A stretch of DNA of 24,074 nt from Alloascoidea hylecoeti (taxonomy: Eukaryota): NCBI GenBank assembly GCA_001600815.1, contig BCKZ01000019.1:497981-522054 (forward strand). Direction: 5' to 3'. Made by a program: the position numbers and the translations under genes. A model generated the notes under the pieces. The model ran no database searches. It had not been told where the DNA came from and saw only the letters and a program-made list of their open reading frames with translations. Position 1 is the stretch's first letter. Every line of letters begins with the position of its first letter. Positions 1 through 11,475 of this stretch are shown here, piece by piece.

Positions 1-102
1 ATTTGCAATAGATTAATGCGATTTCAGTGTTGATAATTGGCAATTAGAATTTCAAGTTGTACATGTTGCAACATTAGCTAGTTTAAATGGGCCGTTAACC
101 TG

Positions 103-150
103 CAGTATTTCCACACCGAATACTTCGTCCAACAGAGAGTGGAAATACTG
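103..150. repeat. 48-bp inverted repeat, CAGTATTTCCAC-N24-GTGGAAATACTG; possible collapsed Tc1/pogo-type miniature element
   Basis: Perfect 12-bp arms at 103-114 and 139-150. Ends are CAGT...ACTG, followed by TA on the right (TG on the left). Confidence 0.6.
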
Positions 151-1172
151 TATACATTTCTCATCTAGGGAATCTAGTTCTATCTACTAATTAGTTAGAG
201 GGTCTATAGTACGTAATACGTATACATTTATAACCCCTTGCAATTGAATCTACGAAATCAGAGCAGAGAAACTGTATCACTGATGTAATCGGGAAAAAAC
301 AACAATTTTGACGACACTATTGAAAGACAATTGCAACAAATTCTCAACCTGTAACATGAACACGAATCTTAAGCTCTACATTTAAAATTTAAATATACTA
401 CTTTATATAACAAGCTATAATTGAATGAAGTGTTTCTAAATACCTGTAGCGAAATTATAATGTTAAGAATGCATGTAAGCCCATAATTATATGCAGTTTC
501 ACAACGTATATGCGTAATTACAATATTTAAATTGCAATATACTAATATTAATGTACGAGCGAATGTCGTAAATGATATTGTATAATGTTTGATTTTCCCT
601 TATATGTTTAAATTTAATCAATGTTCTCTCACTCGAAACCAAACCTTTTACGACGTTTAAGCTTGATTTAAATAAGCATTCAGTTTAAGCTTAGTATAAG
701 CTTATAATTCCTTATGTGATTAATTATAACTAATTTACAGTATTTACTGGAAACAAAACAAAATTAAGTTTTAAGATATGTTCCTTACTAGTTAATATAA
801 TTATACGTACCATGGTACATATATGCAAATTATAATTATGATCATATGTCATCAAGGGGAAATGCAACACTATAATAGTGATATATGTTTATTAAATTAT
901 TAATAGTATATGATATCACCACCATAAAAAAAATTTGGATCCATGCAAAGTCGCCTGTATGCGTTGTCGTCGGACTGCGTCTGCATATGATAAATCTCAC
1001 CGTATCGCAGGACGGAACGAGATATTCGATTTTAGAATTCGGTTTGCATTTTATGAGTTTTCGGATTCGAATTATACATTACTATTAAAATTTATTAAAT
1101 ATTATACAAAATATATAATTAAATAAATATATACATGGCTTTAAAAATTTCCCAAATTTAAACACACGGAAA

Positions 1173-1427
1173 TAGATGATATCGCCATGTGTTAACACGA
1201 ACATACCCTCCTTGAATTCATCTGCGATTGAAATTAGAAATCTAATGAAATTAAATTAACCAACAATTGCCTAAACAGTTTTATTTGATCGTTAGATGAT
1301 ATCGATATTGATAATCACACATATATAGAACATACCCCTCATTCTCGTTAAATTTCGAGAACTTAAAACATTCCTTGTCCACTTACGACTATTGAAACTT
1401 TAAAGAATCTGTTTGAAATTAAATTAA
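1173..1427 (+). repeat. Degenerate tandem duplication upstream of the cell-wall gene
   Basis: Blocks TAGATGATATCG, GAACATACCC(C)TC and TGAAATTAAATTAAC occur twice in the same order (~1173-1260 and ~1293-1427). Confidence 0.6.
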
Positions 1428-2166
1428 CAGAACTCATGAATTAAACATCAGAAGATGTCAACTGTATAGGAAATTTATTTCTTAACAATATGATAAACAA
1501 TTTTTGGATGTTGTGAGTAAGAAGAATGAAGAAAGATTTGCAAAAACAAAATTTAAAGCTTCCAAACTCCCTAACACCAGAAATTAGAGCTTATAATTAT
1601 GTATTACTATTTAAGATGAAGTAAACGTAAACTTAAATAAGTATATATTGTTGCTCATGTAAAATAGTACTAGTTTACAAACCCATTACCAATTCCGGAA
1701 TAGCTGATATTTTCTNAAGAAAGTCGCCATTTTCAAAGTATACTGATACCGAACGTTCGAACNATTATATAATATTAATAAAGTGTAAAGTTAGCCGGAA
1801 AGAAACTGATTAATTATATGGATACATTAAATAAAAAAACGGTAAAAAATCCGAATATATAAATCTCTACTGCTCTCGCACTAATTTACCTTACCACTGA
1901 ATATATTTTAATCAAAACATCCTTGTTAAATTAAGAATTTTGCATATTTTACTGTTTCCGACCGAGTAAATTGGTGTTTTTAAACTTTTCAGATTTTTCT
2001 AATGTGATCCGACATTCAAATTTACTGTCATTGAAAAGCAGATAAATAGCAGACTTATTCTCCATTTCTCTATAATTATAACCATCATTCAGAATTCTCT
2101 TTCACCAATTAGTAGTAATTATATAGTCACCACATTCTTTCACTACTTGTATTCAATATTCTTAAA

Positions 2167-2871
2167 ATGAAATTCACTGCCGCTTCAACTCTTGCTTTAG
2201 CTTCATACTCCTTCGCTGCCACAACCTTCAATTTGGTTTCAATTCATTCTGGATCGATTCTCCAATACTCTTCAATTGAAGTTTCAGATGGAAAACTTGT
2301 CATTGGAACTGGTTCAGACTTTCTTGGTACTTTAGAAGATGATGGATCTGTTTCTTCTGGTTCTGGTTACTTGTCTATCTCCAGCGATGGTTCCTTGATT
2401 ATTTCTTCTACGAAAGAGACTGGTTTCTCCGTTGATACTAATTTGTTATACAATGGTAAAGGAGAAGCAGTTGCTTGTCCAAGTGATGGCAATACTTACA
2501 GTGTCGTCTGGAATGGTGATTGTGATAATAGTATTGGAATTGCTCTCTACGTTGTCGAATCTTCTGGATCATCTTCCAAATCATCTACAGCTTCATCAGA
2601 ACCTGCTGTAACTTCCTCTACTTCATGGGAATCTGCTGTAGCTTCTGCAGCCGTTTCATCATCCGTCTTAGCTTCTACTGTATCTGGATCAGCCGTTACA
2701 CTAACTACTACTGACTGTCCAGTAGCCTCATCTTCTGCTGCTGCCTCATCTTCAACTTCTGGTAATTCAAGCCAACCTGCAATTCAAACAGGTAATGATG
2801 CTTCCAACGTTCACATAGGTTACTCAATGGTTGGTGTTGCTGCAGGTGCACTTGCTTTCATCTTAGCTTAA
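2167..2871 (+). CDS. CWP1: GPI-anchored cell wall mannoprotein, Cwp1 / Candida Pga29-31-like
   Basis: Signal peptide MKFTAASTLALASYSFA. FNLVSIHSGSILQY resembles Cwp1 FGLVSIRSGSDLQY. Ser/Thr/Ala-rich stalk, then QTGN omega region and hydrophobic C-terminus (GVAAGALAFILA). Confidence 0.8.
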   Translation: MKFTAASTLALASYSFAATTFNLVSIHSGSILQYSSIEVSDGKLVIGTGSDFLGTLEDDGSVSSGSGYLSISSDGSLIISSTKETGFSVDTNLLYNGKGEAVACPSDGNTYSVVWNGDCDNSIGIALYVVESSGSSSKSSTASSEPAVTSSTSWESAVASAAVSSSVLASTVSGSAVTLTTTDCPVASSSAAASSSTSGNSSQPAIQTGNDASNVHIGYSMVGVAAGALAFILA

Positions 2872-3355
2872 ATTCCATAAATTTATAATGTGTATTCATC
2901 ACTCATTAATTTCTACCTTTCATTTTGACTTTAATATATACAAAATTGATTAAATATAATTGAGTATTATTTAAATTATGAAATGTAATGTAATTGATGT
3001 TCATGATGGATTAATGTTGCTCTAGTTTTTAGAAGTGCAAACATCATTTATATTTCTTAACGAGAGCTTTATACTCTTTTTTTTTTAGCTATTGAGCCAT
3101 AATAGTAACTGTTAATATATATCATATAAGGTATATGTGATATCTATAAGAAATATTAGCCTATAGCTAATTGTAATATTGATTATCAGTTAATCGAGCC
3201 TTAATTGTAAGCAAAGTGACATTTGATAGATTTAAATCAGCCCTTCCTCGGTGGAGTAGTCAGTTTTGTTGAAATACATTATGATCCAGATGATCCTGTG
3301 GGTGTTGCTATCCCTGGCACTAGAGAATAACTATCAAAATAACTACACTCTATAA

Positions 3356-3740
3356 TATTCGTAAAGGACTGCTAAGTTATACAAAGTACCTAGTTCTTCA
3401 TTATTCTGTTTGAACAAAGAACTGAACTAATCCTCATCAAAGAATATCAGAGAACAGGACTATTCCAACATAATGAGGACAACGAATAAGACTGCTTAAA
3501 ACAAAGAATAAGTTATAGAAAAGCTGACGAACGAGAAACAGACTGATAGCAGTCGAAAAGAGTGAAGGCAGACGAATGGTCCACAGCCAGCTAAATCATA
3601 TTCCTAAATTGTAAATGTTTCTTGAAGTATTTAAAGATATAGATTTCCTTAGTTTAATGAAATAACAACTTAAACGAAGTCTTAACCACCAAATAATATA
3701 ATTATTTTCAATAAGTTTTACTGAATTCGAACGTCTGACA
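3356..3740 (+). mobile_element. Possible solo LTR (385 bp)
   Basis: TATAA flanks both sides (3351-3355, 3741-3745). Ends are TATTCG...CTGACA, with an internal LTR-like TATTTAAAGATATAGATTTCC block. The TSD could be chance in AT-rich DNA. Confidence 0.3.
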
Positions 3741-4844
3741 TATAAGCAATATAATTACTGATTCTATAGACGCTGTGCAGGACTCCAGGATATATTTCTG
3801 GAGAACACCCACAACTTAAACGAGATCCTGGTAGTTAATTACAGGTTGTATATGAAATATAATAGATTAAGAATTTAAATGAACGAGATGAGGATTTATT
3901 AAAGCAAGTTGTATTTATTTATATACGTACGATTAATCTGATGACGGATATGATTCTAGAAAGATGAAGTAGAAGTATTGATATCCTGAAAGTCCATGAT
4001 CTGAGGAATGGAATGTTAATCAGTTATTAGGTGAAGGATTAACTCATGGTTTTATCTTATTATGTCAGTATGGCTCAATATAAAGATTCATACTCTTATA
4101 CATGTAATGATGTAACTGGAAATTGAGATGATTTTCTGGGTACCTGAATAATATAAAATAATAAGAAAAGCAAGGCAAAGAAGTCACAACTGCAATATTA
4201 ATTCATGTTTATTGCAATAATGAGAATAAGATTACGGCCTTGTGCTTTTTGTGGCAGTTATAATCACAAACGCCAAACCAAACTAGTTAAGGAGCCCACA
4301 TTCATAATAATTAATTATTTTGTATCATATTTTAAATATCGATTTTAAGGTTGCAACTCGCAACTGCTGTGGTTATTTAATTTTCTATATTAGTTTCCAT
4401 ATCAATCACTCGTAATAACTAGAATTTGTTTTGGAGCCGGATGTAATATTAATGTTAATTAAGTAGTGTGAGGAATATATACTTCCGATTTAGATATACT
4501 CTCTCGAAATATACTCCAAATGTTATAGTTCAATAACCTAATGTATATATGATCAAGAATATGAGAAAAACGTTGGTAAATAATAGACTTCTGTTATATA
4601 TAAAAAATGAATAAACTTGTATTATTAAACTTTCTTAATTGCTTCTCCTTTTTTTCTTTTCTAAGGGGAAAATGAAGTGCTATTTATAACTAACTATTGT
4701 CCTACATAATAAAAACAATCGATTGGGGGCAATTCCAACAAAGCTAGTTCTAATGAGGAAAATGGCGATCAGTGATAACTGATATACCCATTTCCCACAG
4801 TAGTCTACGACCAGTTCAGTAATTATGGATCTCAGTAAACGAAA

Positions 4845-5033
4845 TTGAACAAAAGACTAGACTAACGGGCCAATTTGAATATTGAACAATCGGACTGATT
4901 GAACCACAGAATAGCTGGACCAACACTAAACAAATGAACCGAGTGAACAAACAAAAAATTGGACCGCAGCCCGCAGTTTAGTGTCCAGATTTGTGTAGTA
5001 ATCAAATCGGTCCACTGTTTTGTGTTCACCCTG
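4845..5033. mobile_element. Possible DNA-transposon end (hAT-like) with subterminal repeats
   Basis: Dense TG(A/G)AC(A/C) motifs on +, then inverted copies. The segment ends GTGTTCACCCTG (CAGGGTGAACAC on -). No partner terminus found. Confidence 0.3.
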
Positions 5034-5307
5034 ATAATTATTTGAAAGTTCTACACATGCAATTCATATTGCAACAAATATAAATATATAATAATATAAT
5101 TGGATATAGCTTATTAACAGTCGAAATTGCGTCTGCTTCTTTTATTTTCTCTTAGATCGCAAACACTTCACATAAAAATGCAGATCCATATTAAAGATAT
5201 CGTTGCCAGCCATAGACCGTTCACCTGAAAGAAGCTGTTCTGAAGAGAGAATAGAATTATTTATAAATAATGTTTGAAAATTCACATTACACCACAAATC
5301 ATTCCTC

Positions 5308-6114
5308 TTAGTGCAAAGGATATGAAGAATTCTGTTGATCATTCTTATTTAACCTAAACATATCAGATTTAATTCCAAATGGTTTTAGAATACTACTGGT
5401 TGAATTTGTTGCTGGAGCAGAGATTTCATCTAATTCTTTAAGTTTGGCCATCATAAACTGTGTTTCTTGTTCTTGAAACTTTTGCATTCTTGGTTTAAGG
5501 CGAGCAATATTTGATTTCGTAGTCATAATCAAAGCATGATCGGTCTCGATTGTTACAAGTAATTCATAATCTATACCAGTTAGTGTTAACGCAGCCTCTT
5601 AATATAAAGATATATAAAGCTTAAGACCTCTTAGAAAAAAAAAGACAAAAAACCTACCTTGAATAGCATCCTGCAAAGATCCCCAAGTATCTAAGGTTTC
5701 ATTTGCTTTGGCTCTTCGCTGTAAAGCTTTTGAATATCTGGGATTGAGTCTTAGTGACTTTGAGCATGCATCAACAACATGCTTATATTGTTCCTGAAAG
5801 TCATTCAAATGTTAATATATACTTATGAGAAATAGGTACAGTTTAACTTATTTATAAGAGCCTACCATTTTCAAGTAACAGGCACCAATATCCGCAAAAT
5901 ATATTGATCTATTTTCAACCATATCTACAGGGCAGATTCTTAATGCTTTGTTGTAATAATTGATGGAGGAGAGATAATCTGAGCCTTTGGAATACAAATT
6001 GTCTGCCAAACTCTTGTATTTTTCAGCAGTGGCTATATCAGTACTAGTACTTATGTTTTCATAATCACTTTCGATGAAATTATCTGAAACATCTGTTCGG
6101 TTAAACAAACTCAT
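5308..6114 (-). CDS. TPR protein, TTC1-like; exons 6114-5866, 5793-5658, 5570-5308
   Basis: Three ORF-track fragments join in frame through two GT-AG introns (...ACYLKM|EQYKHVV...QDAIQ(G|AT=D)YELL...). TPR motifs present. C-terminal MMAKLKEL...ILKPFG is typical of the TTC1 family. Confidence 0.85.
5571..5657 (-). other. Spliceosomal intron 2 of TTC1-like gene (87 nt)
   Basis: Donor GTAGGT, branch CACTAAC, acceptor TATAG; phase 1, restores frame. Confidence 0.85.
5794..5865 (-). other. Spliceosomal intron 1 of TTC1-like gene (72 nt)
   Basis: Donor GTAGGC, branch TATTAAC, acceptor TTTCAG; phase 0, restores frame. Confidence 0.85.
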
Positions 6115-6811
6115 TGTCGCTGGCTTATTCCCAGTACTTGTTGCTTCAATTTTAAAAATCAAGCTAAGTGTATTTGTTTATATAATATTAGAAGACGATT
6201 ATATTTGTAGTTGCAGGCGTTATTATCAAGCATAGATTATAGGTAAATATATGAATTTTTTGGCAGAAATTTGATCGTGATATTTTAACGCATTGGCCCC
6301 AATATAATTCATTATAGCACGAAAACAACTTTATTCTTAACTTAAATGGTAAAATTAGGATCATGAATACCAGAAACCATATGCATGTTTTTTTATAAAG
6401 TCCTATTCAAATGGTTATTTGTTAATCAAGTATATATCGATATATCTGATAACTCCTGTTTATGGCCAGTTGCAATCTTAAGGAAACAATAAATAAAATA
6501 TAGGTCTACATTAGATTTTAAGTAGATTCTTACCTAATACCTATATATGACTGCATATTTTTTATTTTTAATTTCAATTGTGGTCGAGGTACCACTATTA
6601 TCAATTATAATAAATTAAAGATATAATAGAGACACTGTGGGGAATACCTTCAACATTATAAACTTATAGTAAATGAACCAATTGAGCTAGAGAATTCTTA
6701 ATTATGCTTCTATCAATTTCATTATTAAGATGGATTCATGTCATGTAACACCCATACATCCAAATTTTATCTACTTCTACAATCAGTTGATACAAATCAT
6801 CTTGGTAAAGA

Positions 6812-7462
6812 ATGGGGAATACAACAAGTAATTCCAAGGTAACAGTCACATCACAGGATAAAGCGATACTGAATTTAAAATTACAAAGGGATAAATTAAA
6901 AAATTATCAAGTTAAATTATCAATCGTATCCAAGAAGGAAATCGAAATTGCAAAACAATGTTTAAGTAAAGGAGATAAAAAGAGGGCATTAATAGCATTA
7001 AGGAAGAAAAAATATCAAGAGAATTTGATTTCTAAAACAGATAAACAATTGGAAGTTTTAGAAGAGTTGGTTTCAAATATTGAGTTTAAACAAATTGAAA
7101 AGAATGTTTTATATGGATTAAATGAAGGCAATAATGTTTTAAAAAGTTTGAATAAAGAATTATCATTGGAGAAGGTTGAAAAAATAATGGATGAAAGTGC
7201 TGAGGGTATAAGATATCAAGAAGAAGTTACTGAAATGCTAGGGAATATTATCACAAATAGTGAAGAAGATGAAGTACAAGAAGAACTTGAAAGAATGGAA
7301 CAAGAAGAACTAGAAAGACAAGGCATCAAAGTCTCACAACCAGAGGTACCTTTGTTACCAGAAGTTCCCACAACTAAGATAGAGGAATCAGACGCAGAAT
7401 CTTTCAGGAATAAACAGAAACAAATTTTGGAGGAGCCTCGGGAAGAACCTTTACTAGCATGA
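6812..7462 (+). CDS. VPS20: ESCRT-III subunit Vps20 (Snf7 family, CHMP6)
   Basis: MGNTTS myristoylation motif. VTSQDKAILNLKLQRDKL and ALIALRKKKYQENL motifs. Basic N-half, acidic C-half, LPEVP MIM2-like segment. Confidence 0.95.
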   Translation: MGNTTSNSKVTVTSQDKAILNLKLQRDKLKNYQVKLSIVSKKEIEIAKQCLSKGDKKRALIALRKKKYQENLISKTDKQLEVLEELVSNIEFKQIEKNVLYGLNEGNNVLKSLNKELSLEKVEKIMDESAEGIRYQEEVTEMLGNIITNSEEDEVQEELERMEQEELERQGIKVSQPEVPLLPEVPTTKIEESDAESFRNKQKQILEEPREEPLLA

Positions 7463-7630
7463 TTGTTTTTATAATGTTTTTATGATTTCTATACATTTTA
7501 GCTTAAATTATAAACTAGTTTCTTATCCTTCATGTCATCGTACAATAATATATTAACTATTTACAAGGTTATATTTGTGAAAACGTAAGAATGAAATAAC
7601 CTAAAAATCAAAATTAAAATTTAGTTTGAT

Positions 7631-8680
<1,050 letters not shown>

Positions 8681-8730
8681 TTATCATCATAATATAACTT
8701 ATGTATAACTGAGAATTGACGTAGATGATA

Positions 8731-8759
8731 TTACCCGGTCTTCAGCAGATCCTCACGTG
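8731..8759. promoter_or_regulatory. Compact divergent HEM2/PITH promoter with Reb1-type site and Cbf1/bHLH E-box
   Basis: TTACCCGG at 8731-8738 and TCACGTG at 8753-8759, within the 173-bp gap between the two ATGs. Confidence 0.65.
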
Positions 8760-8826
8760 CACATATGCATCAGATCGTTCTCCTTTTAGATTTCTGTAAA
8801 GCTGTTTGAATACTCATTATATTGAA

Positions 8827-9540
8827 ATGTCTTGTAGTGAAGAACATTTCCATTCTCATCATCACGATGAAAGTAATCACGTTGCTCCATCTGAAACGTC
8901 TTCATCAAATTCGCTTTTCAAATATATTGATCTGCCCCATCTTTCCATATTAAATGAATCGACAGATACTCAATCTTCAAGTAAGTTATTCAGGCCGTAC
9001 AATGAAAGATTTGTTGATGTTCAGCACAGATTTGTGGAATCTGATGCAGATGAGCAATTGTTGATTAATATTCAGTTCACTGGTACTGTTAAGCTGATTT
9101 CAATCATCATATGGGCACCAGATGATGAGTATTCTCCAAAAGAAATACTATTATTTAAAAATAAATCTAATTTAGATTTCGATAATATTAATGATCTTAA
9201 ACCAATCTTTACAATAAATCATCCCGAAAATGTTGGTACTCATTTTGATCCGGAATCTTTTAATTTAATCAACAATAATATACATGATGATGATGTTGGA
9301 ATAACTGAACATTTTTTACCAAGACATCTCTTTTCTGGTGTCACAAATTTAAAATTATTTATTAAATCAAACTATGGTGAAGATACAACAAGATTGTTAT
9401 ATATGGATTTTAGAGGTACCTGTTCTCCTTTAGTTAAAAATCCTGTCATTACTCTATATGAAGCTGCGGCAAATCCAGCTGATCATAAAACTTTTGTACC
9501 TGGTGAAAAATGGGTTAACGAGAATTTAGGAGGAGAGTAA
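8827..9540 (+). CDS. PITH-domain protein (PITHD1-like)
   Basis: His-rich N-terminus MSCSEEHFHSHHH. Motifs VESDADEQLLINIQFTGTVKL, NYGEDTTRLLY and ITLYEAAANPADHK. ATG at 8827 is preferred over TTG at 8806. Confidence 0.92.
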   Translation: MSCSEEHFHSHHHDESNHVAPSETSSSNSLFKYIDLPHLSILNESTDTQSSSKLFRPYNERFVDVQHRFVESDADEQLLINIQFTGTVKLISIIIWAPDDEYSPKEILLFKNKSNLDFDNINDLKPIFTINHPENVGTHFDPESFNLINNNIHDDDVGITEHFLPRHLFSGVTNLKLFIKSNYGEDTTRLLYMDFRGTCSPLVKNPVITLYEAAANPADHKTFVPGEKWVNENLGGE

Positions 9541-9819
9541 TCAATATAGGCCTATAGATGAAATTTGATGCATTTACGTATGAACAATGAACATGCTTTT
9601 TTTAATTTTATATTTTGAAATCTATGAAATACGCTTTTTAAAATTTGTGATATATGATATATTACGTTACACTTAATATCAAGAAGGCCACAAGTTTTGT
9701 GAATCACAGTATCTTAAATGTTTCTCTTTACCTTTAAATTTATCGTAGGTGTAGATAATCACGTACTATGCATACAAATTGGAGGGAATTGTATTACGAT
9801 GCAAACACGTTATACACAA

Positions 9820-9912
9820 TACAGTTTTTCCACCTATTAATAGCGCTATTTTCGAACATAATTAGCGCTATGTTTGTGAGTTAATTAGCGTAACTCCGTA
9901 AATTAATTAGCC
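9820..9912 (+). mobile_element. Orphan TIR-like end (TA-CAGTTTTTCCAC...) with four regularly spaced subterminal motifs
   Basis: 11/12 match to the IR arm at 103-114, preceded by TA. TAGC(G/C) cores at 9841, 9863, 9886 and 9908. Confidence 0.45.
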
Positions 9913-10143
9913 TTCTCTTTGGAAATTGATTACACTATATTAATAAAGCCGTTGTAGTGTTAGTGAGAAGTGTAGTATAATCTACGCCTATTCTCAGTTA
10001 TACATAGCTTATGTTAGAGTCCATACCTCTTCGATCCCTCTAAGGCCTTATAGCAATCACCCTCGTCAAGGTTCAGACATATGAACGTAAAATGTGATGT
10101 TATTAAATGTGTATGTATTCATTTGTATGAAGCCTAAATCTTT

Positions 10144-10203
10144 AAATTTTCATCAAAGTTGGTCAAATTTAGTGATGCGCACTATACATAATATATTACC
10201 CGG
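10144..10203 (+). promoter_or_regulatory. TRM10 promoter: RRPE-like element and Reb1-type site
   Basis: AAATTTTCA at 10144-10152 and TTACCCGG at 10196-10203, ~50 bp upstream of the ATG. Confidence 0.6.
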
Positions 10204-10253
10204 ATATTTCAGAAAATTAATTCCTAGTTAACTCATCAAAACTTTACAGTAAA

Positions 10254-11210
10254 ATGTCAGAGCAATTAGGAGTCTCCACGACAGAAGTAAACGAGCAACA
10301 TACTCTTAATGAAGTGAATGGGAAAACTAGATATGATAAAGATCGTAAGAAACTAGAAATTCCTGAAGGAATGTCAAAAAGGCAATTTAAAAAACAACTA
10401 AAGAAAGAAAAATGGGAATCCGAAAAAGAAGGTATAAAAATTAAAAGAAGAGAAAGAAAAAAGGAAAAGAAACTTGAAAGAAAAAGAAAATTTGAAGAGT
10501 TTGGTCCTGACGCTTTACCTCACAAGAAAAAAATTAATCCTGAATCACAAATTAAATTGCCCGTTAAAATATTAATTGACTGTGGTTTTGATGATATGAT
10601 GACAGAAAGAGAAAAAGTTTCACTAGCTTCTCAATTAGTTAGATGTTATGCCATCAATAGAAGAGGCCCGTATACTTTAAATCTAGAGGTATCTTCTCTC
10701 AATGGTGGCTTATTGGAAAGATTTGAAGGCACTCTTAAGGGTGATTATAAAAGATGGGAAAATTTTACTGCAACAGCTAAAGATTTTGAAATCCCTGAAA
10801 ATGATATCAACAATTGTACCTACTTATCATCTGACTCTGACAATGTGCTCACAGAGCTGGAAGAAAATAAGACCTACATTGTTGGTGGAATTGTTGATAA
10901 AGGAAGATATAAGAATTTATGCCATGACAAGGCTGTTTCAAGAGGTATAAAGACTGCCAGACTACCAATTAATGAATATATTAAATTATCAGGTAGAAGA
11001 GTATTGACTACAAATCACGTTGTTGAACTGTTAATCAAATGGTTCGAAGTCAAAGATTGGAAAGTTGCGTTTGAAGCCATTTTACCTTCAAGGAAGATTA
11101 TTCATCCAGACCAAAATCTTACAAAAATAAACATCTCCGATAAAGAATCTATCAAATCTATTGATGCTGATTCTAATCTAACAAATTTAGAACACGCTGA
11201 AAACTCCTAA
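10254..11210 (+). CDS. TRM10: tRNA (guanine-9-N1)-methyltransferase Trm10
   Basis: Motifs PEGMSKRQFKK, IDCGFDDMM, YLSSDS, YIVGGIVDKGRYK, RLPINEYI and VLTTNHV (SPOUT Trm10 family). Confidence 0.96.
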   Translation: MSEQLGVSTTEVNEQHTLNEVNGKTRYDKDRKKLEIPEGMSKRQFKKQLKKEKWESEKEGIKIKRRERKKEKKLERKRKFEEFGPDALPHKKKINPESQIKLPVKILIDCGFDDMMTEREKVSLASQLVRCYAINRRGPYTLNLEVSSLNGGLLERFEGTLKGDYKRWENFTATAKDFEIPENDINNCTYLSSDSDNVLTELEENKTYIVGGIVDKGRYKNLCHDKAVSRGIKTARLPINEYIKLSGRRVLTTNHVVELLIKWFEVKDWKVAFEAILPSRKIIHPDQNLTKINISDKESIKSIDADSNLTNLEHAENS

Positions 11211-11367
11211 ACAACAGGGAATCAAAAATATTTTTATCAAAGTGTAAAATACATGTACTAATAGTGATGATTGCCCACCATACATGTACCCCTCTTAGTT
11301 AGAATCAGTAGATTAGATCTATGTAGCTTAGCATATAATTCTTATAGAAAAATGAATAAATATTTCA

Positions 11368-11404
11368 TTACCCGGACATAAAACGCGTTCATCAAAACAC
11401 GAAA
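11368..11404 (+). promoter_or_regulatory. RFC4 promoter: Reb1-type site, MCB and SCB elements
   Basis: TTACCCGG at 11368-11375, ACGCGT at 11383-11388 and CACGAAA at 11398-11404; consistent with G1/S control of a replication gene. Confidence 0.7.
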
Positions 11405-11475
11405 GTTTTTGTTCAGATCTTTCAATAACAACTTCAGCCAAAAATAATATATACACATGCACTCACATATTAAAA

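Noticed and set aside
885..1126. Two short overlapping ORFs
   Set aside because: No recognisable motifs; expected by chance.
5142..5342. 66-aa ORF as a fourth TTC1 exon or separate gene
   Set aside because: The TTC1-like C-terminus is already complete at 5308, and no motif is evident.
9839..9912. CRISPR-like array
   Set aside because: Eukaryotic context, repeats only ~9 bp with ~13-bp spacers, and no cas genes.
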